A stretch of DNA of 64,000 nt, taken from a virus. Below, piece after piece: positions 28,968-39,236 of this stretch. Where the stretch lies: IMG/VR virus record IMGVR_UViG_3300043570_003617; one strand, given 5' to 3'. Both the position numbers and the translations under genes were made by a program. Position 1 is the first letter of the stretch. Every line of letters begins with the position of its first letter. The notes under the pieces are model-generated. The model searched no databases, had not been told where the DNA came from, and saw only the letters and a list, made by a program, of their open reading frames with translations.

Positions 28968-31900
28968 TTAAGATAAAGAAAAAGATGCTAGTCCTGTATT
29001 GGTTGTTGTTATACTTAAAGTATAAGGATATACCACATTCGCTGTTAGTGTTCTTGTCGTGTTAACACTAATACTACTAGTATTAGAGTTGTGTGTCATT
29101 GTTCTACTACCACCTGTAATAGTTCCCGTTCCCCCTATAACTAAAGTAGCTGTAGTATATTGAGTTCCAAAAAATATAAAACTAGAATTAGCAGACGAAG
29201 TTAAGTTAATAGTCACAGGTGATGATGATACTGTTATAGTACCTGTTATAGTAGCCGAAGTTGTTGATGTATTACCAGATATTGTATATGGTAGTGCAGC
29301 AAATCCTACTCCAACTTTACCAGAAATTCCACTAAAATATTCTGCAGCGTAAATTCCAGTACTATTAACTGATACTATTCCAACACCAACACCAACACCA
29401 ACACCACTAACTGGAGTATTTGAATTTTGAGTTTTAATACTATCTAATCCTATAGAAATATTATCTATAAAGTTAAAATTAGCATTTGAATAATCAATAA
29501 ACGGTGATATTCCTTGGAATGGAATCTCAACCCCTTTATTTATAGTATCTTCTGTAAAGTATTGGAAGAATGGTATCATATCTACTTCATAAAAGTGTAA
29601 ATTATCAATTGTATAATCTACAGTTTGTGAAATATTACCATAGAATCTCATTCCTAAATTTCTTTTATTAAAGAAATATTCTGTTTTCTTTGTTTTCTTA
29701 GTATTTAAATGATTTACATTTTGATAAATTGGTAAAAATGTAGCATCTATAACAGTTGATGCGGTAACACCATCTAAATCATAGTAAATATTTCTTACTA
29801 TTTTATTTATATTATCAAAATGTATGCTTGGTACTGTAGTAAATCCAAAAAGACCATATCCACCACCTTGATCAGTCCATGTATTAGGCATTACATCGTC
29901 TAGTGTTCCAGAATCAAGAGAACCATTACTTGATACAATTGACAATCCAGGAAAAGCAGTTACAATATTTTCATTGGATAATCCATAATAAGGAACACCA
30001 GCCATTGAGTGTGTTACTAAATCAAAATCAACTTTTGTATATCTATTTCTACCAAGATCATACATAGCTCTATTTCTCAATGAAATATCCATTAACGAGT
30101 ATGGTGTGATGTTTAATATTCCACCATCTCCAATAGCCTGTACTTTAAGTTCTTCTCCTGTTAAAGGATAAACACCTTTATCTTCTGTTCTTGAGAATGT
30201 CAAGGAGCTAATACTGCCTCTTGAAAAGGTCCAACCTTGTGAAGTAAATCCAGACTCATTTAAATTATCAAAATAGTTTTCAAATTTTCCAGAATCTCCT
30301 ATAAAGTCAGCAAATATTTTATATTTTGTACCTAGTCTATATTTTCTAATAGTTGTTGAAAAACTATCTCTAAATATTGAATCACTTTCTAAAACATCTA
30401 GTGTTGGATAACCATATAAATTATTCTCTGAGTAGTATGAAGTTCTAAATCTACTTAATAAATTTTGAGGTTTTCCAATATTAACAGCACTTGAATCATC
30501 ATAATTAACATCAATCCAAGAGTTAAATGTAAATACACTAGCACTTTGTTCTGATTGAATAGAAGTAATTCTAGATTTATTATTTGACTTAAATGACATT
30601 TTTTGTATAACACCTTTAGACTTATTAACAGAAGATGTACCGCCCTCATTAGATGTGTCGGATCCCCACTCTTGGTCTATTACAACATGGTAATCATTTA
30701 TTATATATTTAACAGTATGTTCACCATCATATTGAGGATTTATTAATTTATTGGATTTATCAATAGTAATCACATCTTTAGAAACTAAATTATGTTTAAA
30801 TGAAAACGTTAATCCAACATATCCTATATTATCAGAATCTTTATAATATAAAGTATCTGAGAAAGTAGCTGATGGGTATTTAACCGTATTGAAGTGACCA
30901 CCGTCAAATATACCATCTATCCAATGAGAATCATACATTTCAGTAATTAGTGGATATCCCTTGAATAGTCCATAATTCCAAATACCTTTGAAATATCCAT
31001 TTAAGAATCCACCTGATAACCAAACATTTTTGGTTATATACATTCTGTGATTCTCAGAGTCTCTTTCAATTCTTCTTAAAGGAAAGTTATTATCAAATTC
31101 TACTATTATACTATCTACTGTTTTATTAATTATTGTAAAGTAGTTTTTAAGTAATCTTCTATTATCATTTATGTCAATAGCAACTATATTACCAATTGAG
31201 ATATTATCACCTACTGCAAATTTAGCAACGGATGAAGTAGGTCCTTGTATTTGTACTCTCCATTTTTTTAACATATTATAAGAAAAGTGTTGATAAACAT
31301 CATAAAACTCATACATTCCATCATCAACTCTCCATCCACTATTCCAAACTCCATTCTCCCAAATTCCTGACTTGAATGTTCCATTTCCTATTTTTGAAAA
31401 AATACTACTAACAGATAAATATTGTGTAGCATTGACTGTATTTCCTTGACCAACATTTGCTGAGTATGTAGCTCCTGTTAATCCTATAGCTGATAAAGTT
31501 GTTGGATTAGAGTATACTGAAGAATTTGTTAATAAATATTTTCTATTATTACCTGAGTGATATCCGCCTTCAACTTTTATATTTGATATATAAAATCCAC
31601 TATATGTTGCTGAAGTTGTTCCTACATAAGGACCAACAAAATAAATATATTTATTTCCTTTTAATCCATAAAAGGCTTGAGGTATTGCATAATCATATGA
31701 CGAGTAAGTACCATATGTTTGTGTCGTCAGGTCATAATTCATACTATGTGTTAGTGTGCCTAACAATATACTTCCCACAGGTGGTGAAAAAACCTCAGAG
31801 TTGTTTGATGGTAATGATGTAGATAAGTAAATGTTTACTGGATGATTTGAAATATTTTGATAGTTAAACGTTATATTAAAGCTATTATATTGTATAAATT

Positions 31901-32603
31901 TGGCTATGTAGTTATTTCTTCTATACCCAGATTTAGCCGTTTTTAATCCATTTACTCCACCAACTGGATTTTTCCCATTATTAGAAGAGTCATACCAAAA
32001 ATAAACATCTTGATCTCTATCATATAACCATCCAAGTGATACATGACTTTGAGATGTGCCTAGAAATTTTGGATTGGTTAACTCATATCCAGCTAATTTA
32101 TAGTAAGAAAAACCTTGTATTGTAAAGTCTATTTCAGTTGCAGTTAATCCTAAAATACCAGTATTTCCAATTAATCCAGCGTTAGCTCTATATAACATAT
32201 ATGTAGAACTATTAAAATCGGAATTTGGACTTGAGTAGTGATAAAAATATTGATTATTAGCGCCTGGTGTCGTAGATGGTGTAGTTCCACTAGCTTGATT
32301 AAAGTTTAGTTTGTCAATTGGATTTTTACCCCCTAATGAGTTTATACCCCAAGGTGTCATGGAAAAATTAGAGGCGGTTGCGTAAAATGAACGCATGGTT
32401 GTTTTAAATTGATAAGTCTTATTTGCTTTCCAAGAATATGGTGTTGATGTATATGTTAAAGTATATCCGGTGGTGCTTAACGTAGACCTAACAGGTGATG
32501 TATTAATATTCATTCTATTAGGTGATGTTGAGAGAACCCAATCCGGACTAGTTGATGCCCCTATTCCCACACCGGTAACCGTATATCCTGTAATCCATGC
32601 CAT
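28968..32603 (-). CDS. giant 1211-aa virion protein with Trp-pentapeptide-like repeats and a Ser/Thr-rich C-terminus
   Basis: Uninterrupted ORF with G-x-W-x-x repeats (FKSGIWENGVWNSGWRVDDG), a GVGVGVGVG tract and a Thr/Ser-rich tail. Co-transcribed with the upstream giant gene (30-nt gap). Confidence 0.85.
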   Translation of the reverse strand: MAWITGYTVTGVGIGASTSPDWVLSTSPNRMNINTSPVRSTLSTTGYTLTYTSTPYSWKANKTYQFKTTMRSFYATASNFSMTPWGINSLGGKNPIDKLNFNQASGTTPSTTPGANNQYFYHYSSPNSDFNSSTYMLYRANAGLIGNTGILGLTATEIDFTIQGFSYYKLAGYELTNPKFLGTSQSHVSLGWLYDRDQDVYFWYDSSNNGKNPVGGVNGLKTAKSGYRRNNYIAKFIQYNSFNITFNYQNISNHPVNIYLSTSLPSNNSEVFSPPVGSILLGTLTHSMNYDLTTQTYGTYSSYDYAIPQAFYGLKGNKYIYFVGPYVGTTSATYSGFYISNIKVEGGYHSGNNRKYLLTNSSVYSNPTTLSAIGLTGATYSANVGQGNTVNATQYLSVSSIFSKIGNGTFKSGIWENGVWNSGWRVDDGMYEFYDVYQHFSYNMLKKWRVQIQGPTSSVAKFAVGDNISIGNIVAIDINDNRRLLKNYFTIINKTVDSIIVEFDNNFPLRRIERDSENHRMYITKNVWLSGGFLNGYFKGIWNYGLFKGYPLITEMYDSHWIDGIFDGGHFNTVKYPSATFSDTLYYKDSDNIGYVGLTFSFKHNLVSKDVITIDKSNKLINPQYDGEHTVKYIINDYHVVIDQEWGSDTSNEGGTSSVNKSKGVIQKMSFKSNNKSRITSIQSEQSASVFTFNSWIDVNYDDSSAVNIGKPQNLLSRFRTSYYSENNLYGYPTLDVLESDSIFRDSFSTTIRKYRLGTKYKIFADFIGDSGKFENYFDNLNESGFTSQGWTFSRGSISSLTFSRTEDKGVYPLTGEELKVQAIGDGGILNITPYSLMDISLRNRAMYDLGRNRYTKVDFDLVTHSMAGVPYYGLSNENIVTAFPGLSIVSSNGSLDSGTLDDVMPNTWTDQGGGYGLFGFTTVPSIHFDNINKIVRNIYYDLDGVTASTVIDATFLPIYQNVNHLNTKKTKKTEYFFNKRNLGMRFYGNISQTVDYTIDNLHFYEVDMIPFFQYFTEDTINKGVEIPFQGISPFIDYSNANFNFIDNISIGLDSIKTQNSNTPVSGVGVGVGVGIVSVNSTGIYAAEYFSGISGKVGVGFAALPYTISGNTSTTSATITGTITVSSSPVTINLTSSANSSFIFFGTQYTTATLVIGGTGTITGGSRTMTHNSNTSSISVNTTRTLTANVVYPYTLSITTTNTGLASFSLS

Positions 32604-32633
32604 ATTTCTATATATTAATTTATTGTTTTTTTC

Positions 32634-35600
32634 TTAAGCCTGTTGTCCACCTTGAGCGACATATGTGTAAGTTGGTGTGTCAGCTACAGCATTTGCTATC
32701 TGAGTTTCTTTTTCTTCTGTATTTAAAAATATATTCCAAACATGAGTTGAAGATGTTCCACTCCAAGACATTCCTCTGAATAATATCTGTTTAACATAAT
32801 CACTAGTTACTAATCCATTAAACTCAAATGATGATCCATACCAGTTACCATTTCTCCATAATCCTTTTTCCCAGAATATATTAAACGCATTCATATATTT
32901 ACAAACTCCATTCTCCCAAATCATACCAGTAGCTGTTCCTAAATTAAAATTACCATTCTTCCATCTAGATATGTAAAAATCACTACTTTCTAAATCTCCA
33001 TTTTGCCAATAACAAGTACTATCATTTAAATTAAATGATGATTGTGTTGATCCATTTCTCTTAACATAAGGATTAAAGGAACTACCAATAAATTTACCTC
33101 TTTTAAATGAGCCATCCAACCAAACAGATGAAGACATTTCACCATTTGAGTGGTTAAATGTACCAGACTGCCATAAACCATTTTTAAATTTAGCGACTAA
33201 TCCTCTGGATTTTATAAGTCTTGCTCTTGTTGGAATTGTATATATTGGTTGATTATTTATAAATTTATCTTTTATATCTGTGAATATCCCACTTCTCCAA
33301 AGACCCCAATATGAATAACTAAATGAATCAACAAAGTCAGATGCGACACCACAAGTTAAACCACCTATTGTACTTCCACCACTTCCTTGTAATTCTCCTT
33401 GTAAAAAAATACCATTGTTCCAAACTCTACCTCTGAAAATACCACCACTAAATTCACCTGTGTACCAAGTTGAGTTAGTTAATCCATTTGCATTACCAAA
33501 TTTACCATTGTTAAAAGTTCCACTTTCCCATGTATAATTACTTTGTGTTAATGAATCACTTTGTGTCCATCCGTATCCAGAAACAAATAAACCATTGTTA
33601 AAAGTTCCTTTTTTCCATCTTCCATTACTTACAAACTGACCACCATTAAATGTTCCATTATTCCAAATTGCTGAGTTTGAAGCAGTTTGTGATATATTTG
33701 ATCCAAAAACACCCTCATTGAAATAACCATCATTCCATTCTATACTAGCATTAATATTTTTATTTAATGATGTATCTTCAGCATATAAAGTTGCATTTTC
33801 TACAACAGCATAACTAACAGTTCCATTATAGAACTTTGTATCTAGTGTAGAAACTTGATTACTTCCTATTAGACCATTTTCAAATAATCCATTATACCAT
33901 TTAGAATTCCAGAATCTACCACCTGAGAAAGTACCACCCTCCCAATCACTCTTATAAAAATCACCATTTATAAAATTACCATTTTGCCAAGAATATCTAT
34001 CGTTAGATACTGTTGCTGATGATGGTGGATAAATATTACCAAGGGTTACACCATCTTTATAATATGATCTTATTCTATTTGAATTGTATAAAGGGAAGTA
34101 AGTTGTTGGATTAGCATCAAAACTTCTTGATCCATAGAAAGAACCATTTACAAATGATCCATTAACCCATGTTGATTCTTTTATAACACCACTTGAGAAA
34201 GTACCACTTATCCATATAGAATTTTGTATAATACCATCATTCCAAACGTCTGTTCCTTTTACAAATGATGAATATAAATAAGTTGCAGAAGATAAAATAT
34301 TTGACTTATCTGAATATATTGAATCTGTAACTACCAAACTTCTTAGTTTATTTAAGTTGGTATATTCTTTATCTGAAGAATCATATGTTTCAGATTGTAT
34401 TATAGATTCTTTTATATAAGGTCTTTTGAATATTCCAGATTTTATGTCAGATTTATCTATTTTTAAACTTTTTATATAATTGTATCTATTCTTAGCATCT
34501 TTTGTATAGAAATAACTTGCGGTAACTCCAATAATTTGACTAGACGAACCAGTTATTATTTCTTGTAGCTCATAAACTCCAAATTGATTAGAACCTGAAG
34601 AAGCATCTGATTTTGATACAACTTTATAAGCATCTGGTAGTCTTGATGCAGAAACAGAAGTAATTGACACATTCAAATTATTAATTGGTACATTATCTAA
34701 TGTATATCCACCAGATGAAATTGTTATTACTGAACTTGTTATTGATAAAACTTTTGAATATGAATATGAAGCATATGTATATGTTAAACTACTATCAATA
34801 AGATTACCACCAGCAACAGTTCCATCATATATAACTAAATCGTCATTTAATACTGTGTCAAATTCTAATAAATATTGACCAGAATATGTTAGAGATATAA
34901 TATAACTGTATATTGAACTACTTGGACCCAAAGATATACTGGGATTACTAAAAATTATTCTATTATAATAATCATTATAATCTACCGTATCTAAGAAAAC
35001 AACACTTCCAACTGATAAGTAATCTAAATCACCTTCAGGAAAGAATTTATCAAAAGAAGAAGTTGCTATTAAGTATCCACTTGAAGTAGCAACAGATAAA
35101 TTATATTGACCACCAATAGAATTTTGTATTGTAATATTTGAATCATTATTATAGTTTATATGATTTCCACTATTCCATTGTGAATTTTCAAATAAACCAC
35201 TATCAAAATCAGAGTCTATTATATAAGCATTTGATATATCAACTATACTACCTAATGATGTTGACGGAGTAGCATAACTCACAGGAACTTCTGATGTATT
35301 AAAATTCATAACATGATTACCAATTAAAGGTGGTTCATTTGATATAGATGGATAATCTATATCATAAAGTTTAGCCCAAATATCAATTGAATAAAGTTTG
35401 TTTATATTTATATTAACATATCTATATGTTTTAAAATTAGTAGCACTAGTACCCTGTGTGTTAAATAAATAAGAATTTTCTTCAGGAGTTGATAAGAAAG
35501 CTGAAAATTCAATACCTCTTTTGAAGAATCGGTCATTATAAATATCATAATCTTCAACATATTCAGACCAAGCATTTATTCTAAACTTTTTATCAAAGAA

Positions 35601-37244
35601 GTTTATTACATTTTTACTATTATCATTTATTTTTAATCCTTTAATATAAAATTTGTCACCTGTTTTTAATCTATTATACGATGCCTCTGTTATATAGAAT
35701 TTATAAACCTTTTGAACAGTTCCACTTATAGATGAAAATTGAGATGATAATGTTGGATGCTCTGCAGCATTTATTTCATCATATCCTAATATCTTAATTA
35801 TATCATCACTATTATAAGTTGAATTATGAAAAACAGAATTCTTAAAATAAGAATTTACAGATTTAACACCTTCAAATAAAGTGTTATTAGCTCTTATATT
35901 TCTTAACTCAGAATTAGATACATGTGAGTTATTTAATTCACATGTATCAAAATCAGCAGTAATTATAGTATTTAAATACTCACTTGATGATCCAGTTATG
36001 TATTTTTCAACTATAGAATATGTAGCGGATTGAGAACCAATAACAGTTCTTATGATAGTTCCGTTATTTATTATAGAACTTTCTATATTTGAGTTTATTA
36101 TATAATTAAGACCCTTTCCACCATTATTATATGATTTTGATTTTTGATAAGGAAGTCCATATTCATCTATTCCTGAAAAATAACTATCAACTAAATTATA
36201 AAGTGAATTAAAAGTTCCTTTTTTCCAAGTTGTGTTTAATAAAGTACCCGTGTTCCAAGTAGATTTATCACCTTCCCAAGTTATTTGTTTATTTTGTCTT
36301 CCAAATATACCTGTGTTCCAGATACCATCAAAATCACCATCTCTAAAGTTATTTTTACTTAAAAGTGGTTGAAAATATGTAACATCAACAACCCAATCTG
36401 ATTGAGTGGGTCCAACAATCCATTTATAAACATATCCTTCTTTATACTGTTTACCATTATAAGTAAAGTCACCATTCATTATTTTAATTCTATCATTATT
36501 ATAATAGATTGGTGATAAAGCATATGAATAAGAAGCTGTTATATTAGTTGTGTCTGTAAATTCGGTTGTTATATTAGTCCAACTTTGTGTTCTTCCATTT
36601 CTAACAAAAAAACCAGGTGACCCTACAACACCACCATTAAGACCCCAACGAGCACCTGATATAGCAAATGTTGTATAGTCTTGGTCAATAAAGGATATTG
36701 TATTTTGATAACGATTAAATTTATAATCAAAAAATCCATCTCTTGTAGTTACTTGTCTGTTAGCATGTAAAAACTCTTGTTGATTTCTAATATAGTAAAC
36801 TTTAATAAAATTATCTATTATGTCCTCTTTCCAAGGTTTAACTCCAGTATAGTTTATATCAAGAACAACTTTACAATTATCTATATAAAGAACTTTATAA
36901 CCATCTCTTCCCTTTTTATACTTATCAGATTCTATTAATAAATCACTGTCATAATTACCATTAACAATAAAAACTCGATCACCTACTTTTAATGCTGAAT
37001 TTATTTCAGTATAAAATAAAGTTTTTAGAATACCTTTTACCTCATACGACTCAACCCAGTTAATTAACCTTGGACTAAATGATCTATCAATTGTTGAATT
37101 CATACCTAATATAGGATCATATCCAACTAATTTTATATTAGATCCTAATGATAAAAGCTCAGCTCTTGATATCAACATTGGTTTTGTTGATATTAAATTG
37201 CTTATTTCTTGTGTCGCTGAGTTGGTCAGTGAAAATGTTGCCAT
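32634..37244 (-). CDS. giant 1536-aa virion protein with extensive Trp/Phe pentapeptide-like repeats
   Basis: Repeats such as NGNFINGDFYKSDWEGGTFSGGRFWNSKWYNGLFENG and ESGTFNNGKFGNANGLTNSTWYTGEFSGGIFRGRVWNNGIF. A TATATA-motif promoter lies upstream on the minus strand at 37264..37279. Confidence 0.85.
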   Translation of the reverse strand: MATFSLTNSATQEISNLISTKPMLISRAELLSLGSNIKLVGYDPILGMNSTIDRSFSPRLINWVESYEVKGILKTLFYTEINSALKVGDRVFIVNGNYDSDLLIESDKYKKGRDGYKVLYIDNCKVVLDINYTGVKPWKEDIIDNFIKVYYIRNQQEFLHANRQVTTRDGFFDYKFNRYQNTISFIDQDYTTFAISGARWGLNGGVVGSPGFFVRNGRTQSWTNITTEFTDTTNITASYSYALSPIYYNNDRIKIMNGDFTYNGKQYKEGYVYKWIVGPTQSDWVVDVTYFQPLLSKNNFRDGDFDGIWNTGIFGRQNKQITWEGDKSTWNTGTLLNTTWKKGTFNSLYNLVDSYFSGIDEYGLPYQKSKSYNNGGKGLNYIINSNIESSIINNGTIIRTVIGSQSATYSIVEKYITGSSSEYLNTIITADFDTCELNNSHVSNSELRNIRANNTLFEGVKSVNSYFKNSVFHNSTYNSDDIIKILGYDEINAAEHPTLSSQFSSISGTVQKVYKFYITEASYNRLKTGDKFYIKGLKINDNSKNVINFFDKKFRINAWSEYVEDYDIYNDRFFKRGIEFSAFLSTPEENSYLFNTQGTSATNFKTYRYVNININKLYSIDIWAKLYDIDYPSISNEPPLIGNHVMNFNTSEVPVSYATPSTSLGSIVDISNAYIIDSDFDSGLFENSQWNSGNHINYNNDSNITIQNSIGGQYNLSVATSSGYLIATSSFDKFFPEGDLDYLSVGSVVFLDTVDYNDYYNRIIFSNPSISLGPSSSIYSYIISLTYSGQYLLEFDTVLNDDLVIYDGTVAGGNLIDSSLTYTYASYSYSKVLSITSSVITISSGGYTLDNVPINNLNVSITSVSASRLPDAYKVVSKSDASSGSNQFGVYELQEIITGSSSQIIGVTASYFYTKDAKNRYNYIKSLKIDKSDIKSGIFKRPYIKESIIQSETYDSSDKEYTNLNKLRSLVVTDSIYSDKSNILSSATYLYSSFVKGTDVWNDGIIQNSIWISGTFSSGVIKESTWVNGSFVNGSFYGSRSFDANPTTYFPLYNSNRIRSYYKDGVTLGNIYPPSSATVSNDRYSWQNGNFINGDFYKSDWEGGTFSGGRFWNSKWYNGLFENGLIGSNQVSTLDTKFYNGTVSYAVVENATLYAEDTSLNKNINASIEWNDGYFNEGVFGSNISQTASNSAIWNNGTFNGGQFVSNGRWKKGTFNNGLFVSGYGWTQSDSLTQSNYTWESGTFNNGKFGNANGLTNSTWYTGEFSGGIFRGRVWNNGIFLQGELQGSGGSTIGGLTCGVASDFVDSFSYSYWGLWRSGIFTDIKDKFINNQPIYTIPTRARLIKSRGLVAKFKNGLWQSGTFNHSNGEMSSSVWLDGSFKRGKFIGSSFNPYVKRNGSTQSSFNLNDSTCYWQNGDLESSDFYISRWKNGNFNLGTATGMIWENGVCKYMNAFNIFWEKGLWRNGNWYGSSFEFNGLVTSDYVKQILFRGMSWSGTSSTHVWNIFLNTEEKETQIANAVADTPTYTYVAQGGQQA

Positions 37245-37312
37245 TTATTGATTGAATTCTTTTATGTATATATTATTTATTAAGACGTTCTTTGTTATTA
37301 AACTTTATTTAA

Positions 37313-37330
37313 TTATCTTTGTAAAATAGT
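37313..37330 (+). promoter_or_regulatory. putative promoter with Bacteroidota-like -7 box TATCTTTG (TAnnTTTG), and TTTG ~19 nt further upstream
   Basis: TTAATTATCTTTGTA 15-mer shared (14/15 identical) with the region upstream of ligA at 61613..61625. Ends 0-3 nt before the Sir2 ATG. Confidence 0.45.
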
Positions 37331-38065
37331 ATGGATAAGAAAAAGGTATTGATTTTTACTGGAGCAGGAGTTTCAGCTGAAAGTGGCGTTGCTACTTTTA
37401 GAACTGGTGATGATGGTCTTTGGTATAATCATAAAGTAGAAGATGTTGCCACACCTAGTGGGTGGCGTAGAGATAGGGAAAAAGTTCTTAATTTCTACAA
37501 TATGCGACGTGCTCAAATGAAAGATGTTGAGCCAAATTTAGCGCATAAAATAATTGCTGAATTAGAAAGTGATTATGATGTTACTGTTGTAACTCAGAAT
37601 GTTGATGATTTACACGAAAGATCTGGTTCAACTAATGTTATTCACTTACATGGTGAGTTAACAAAGGCTAGAGGTTGTATGTATGACCACAAAACATCAC
37701 CATTAGATACAGTTATTGATGTGGGATATAATCCAATTAATATTGGAGATAAGTGCCCAACAACTGGTTCTCAACTAAGACCTCACATTGTTTGGTTTGG
37801 TGAAGATTTGGATCCACAATTTGTTGATATGGCTACAGTTGCTGCTAAAGAATGTGATGTTTGTATTGTTGTTGGAACTTCGATGAAAGTTTCTCCTGCT
37901 AATACAATTCCATTTTTGACTAAAGAAAGTGCTAAGATTTACTATGTGGATTTATCAGACCTTGATTTCTATGTACCAGAATATAGAACTGATTTATTTC
38001 ATCATTATCAAGAATTGGCATCAACTGGTATGGAAAAAGTTAAAAATAATTTAAAAAATATTTAA
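37331..38065 (+). CDS. Sir2-family NAD-dependent deacetylase/ADP-ribosyltransferase (sirtuin)
   Basis: Core motifs GAGVSAESGVATFR, TQNVDDLHERSG, IHLHGEL, IVWFGEDL and VVGTSMKV are all present. Confidence 0.75.
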   Translation: MDKKKVLIFTGAGVSAESGVATFRTGDDGLWYNHKVEDVATPSGWRRDREKVLNFYNMRRAQMKDVEPNLAHKIIAELESDYDVTVVTQNVDDLHERSGSTNVIHLHGELTKARGCMYDHKTSPLDTVIDVGYNPINIGDKCPTTGSQLRPHIVWFGEDLDPQFVDMATVAAKECDVCIVVGTSMKVSPANTIPFLTKESAKIYYVDLSDLDFYVPEYRTDLFHHYQELASTGMEKVKNNLKNI

Positions 38066-38066
38066 T

Positions 38067-38306
38067 ATGAACGAGAAATATTACAAAGATATGTTTGGTG
38101 GTACTAAATATGGCGACTATATGGTTTATGGTTTAGATAAATCTGAATCTAAATATAGTGATTACTCAGATTTACTTAATCAAATGGGTAGTTATTATAA
38201 CGTAGCTACTTTTCAAGAAGAATCTGAAGAAGAAAAAACTATCCGTTTAGCTAAAGAAAAGGCTGAAAAAAGAAATAATAAGATTGACCAACTTTTAGGA
38301 GAATAA
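38067..38306 (+). CDS. hypothetical small protein
   Basis: 79-aa ORF starting 2 nt after the Sir2 stop. Confidence 0.45.
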   Translation: MNEKYYKDMFGGTKYGDYMVYGLDKSESKYSDYSDLLNQMGSYYNVATFQEESEEEKTIRLAKEKAEKRNNKIDQLLGE

Positions 38307-38307
38307 T

Positions 38308-38871
38308 ATGTCACAAATATCAATTGTTCATTGGATTACGGCTTTTTTAATAGTTGTTCCTTTATTTGGATTGATTATTTCAATTCCAAGTTTTGTATCT
38401 ATGTATAAACTTGGATTCAAAGCTTATGTAGAACAATTAGTGCTTTTGAAAACAATGTTGAAAAAGATATCATCTGGATATAAAATTACTCAAAATCAAG
38501 TTTATAATTACAGCGGTGTTAGTTATAATGGTCCAAAATCAGTAACACAAGTTGAAACTAATCATTTCTTTCCAATAGTTATTAATAAAGATAATTTATT
38601 AGTTCTTAATAAGAAAGAAGGCCCTTTTAATACACTTCACATTCAATATTGTAAACATATAGATGATGAATGGAATAATAATATAGTTGAGATAAAAACC
38701 TCAAATTGTTTATTTACTCAAATTCTAAATGATAGATTTCAAAAGAAAGTTGATAATCTTATGAAAGAATCTGTTCAACTTGATGGTGTTGAAAATTTGA
38801 ATCAATTATTAAATAGTGAAATAACTTCTATCAAAAGAGAAGATAAACTTAAAGCCATATTAAATGATTAA
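38308..38871 (+). CDS. membrane-anchored hypothetical protein
   Basis: N-terminal transmembrane helix WITAFLIVVPLFGLIISIPSFV. 187 aa. Confidence 0.5.
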   Translation: MSQISIVHWITAFLIVVPLFGLIISIPSFVSMYKLGFKAYVEQLVLLKTMLKKISSGYKITQNQVYNYSGVSYNGPKSVTQVETNHFFPIVINKDNLLVLNKKEGPFNTLHIQYCKHIDDEWNNNIVEIKTSNCLFTQILNDRFQKKVDNLMKESVQLDGVENLNQLLNSEITSIKREDKLKAILND

Positions 38872-39028
38872 AAGAGACATTGTAATAGTAGACCACATCA
38901 ACATGATAAGTGCTACTAAAGTTGATCCTGATATTTTAGAAAGACTTAATCTTCGTGTTAAGAATGTTCGCAAGTATAGAGGTAAAATTGAAAGACGAAA
39001 AGAAAAAATTAAAAGAATTTATGAATAA
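38864..39028 (+). CDS. hypothetical 54-aa ORF (not in supplied track), ATGATTAA overlap with upstream stop
   Basis: ATG at 38864 overlaps the TAA of 38308..38871. The ORF runs into the frame of the next ORF. Basic protein MIKRDIVIVDHINMISATKVDPDILERLNLRVKNVRKYRGKIERRKEKIKRIYE. Confidence 0.25.
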   Translation: MIKRDIVIVDHINMISATKVDPDILERLNLRVKNVRKYRGKIERRKEKIKRIYE

Positions 39029-39212
39029 TAGAGACGTTATTGATATATTTGGTCAATTACTAAATGGTAATAAAGAAATTATGATGTTGAAGGCTAGACA
39101 AACTGGTAAGTCAAGTGTTGCCTCTCATTTAATGGACTGGAAAAAACTATATGATAAACATGAAAGAGTTAGATTAAGAAAAGAAACCATAAAACGACTT
39201 TTTAATATATAA
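38964..39212 (+). CDS. short ORF with terminase-large-subunit-like Walker A segment (EIMMLKARQTGKSSVASHLM)
   Basis: Resembles the T4 gp17 region [30 protein letters not shown]. At 82 aa it is far too short for a terminase. The track start at 38955 is GTG; the first ATG is at 38964. Confidence 0.35.
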   Translation: MFASIEVKLKDEKKKLKEFMNNRDVIDIFGQLLNGNKEIMMLKARQTGKSSVASHLMDWKKLYDKHERVRLRKETIKRLFNI

Positions 39213-39236
39213 CTCAACAAAAAGAAATAAAATTTT

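Noticed and set aside
38964-39212. Calling this ORF the terminase large subunit
   Set aside because: Only ~20 residues around a Walker A resemble terminase, and the ORF is 82 aa. It is reported as a fragment or possible recoding site, not as a terminase gene.
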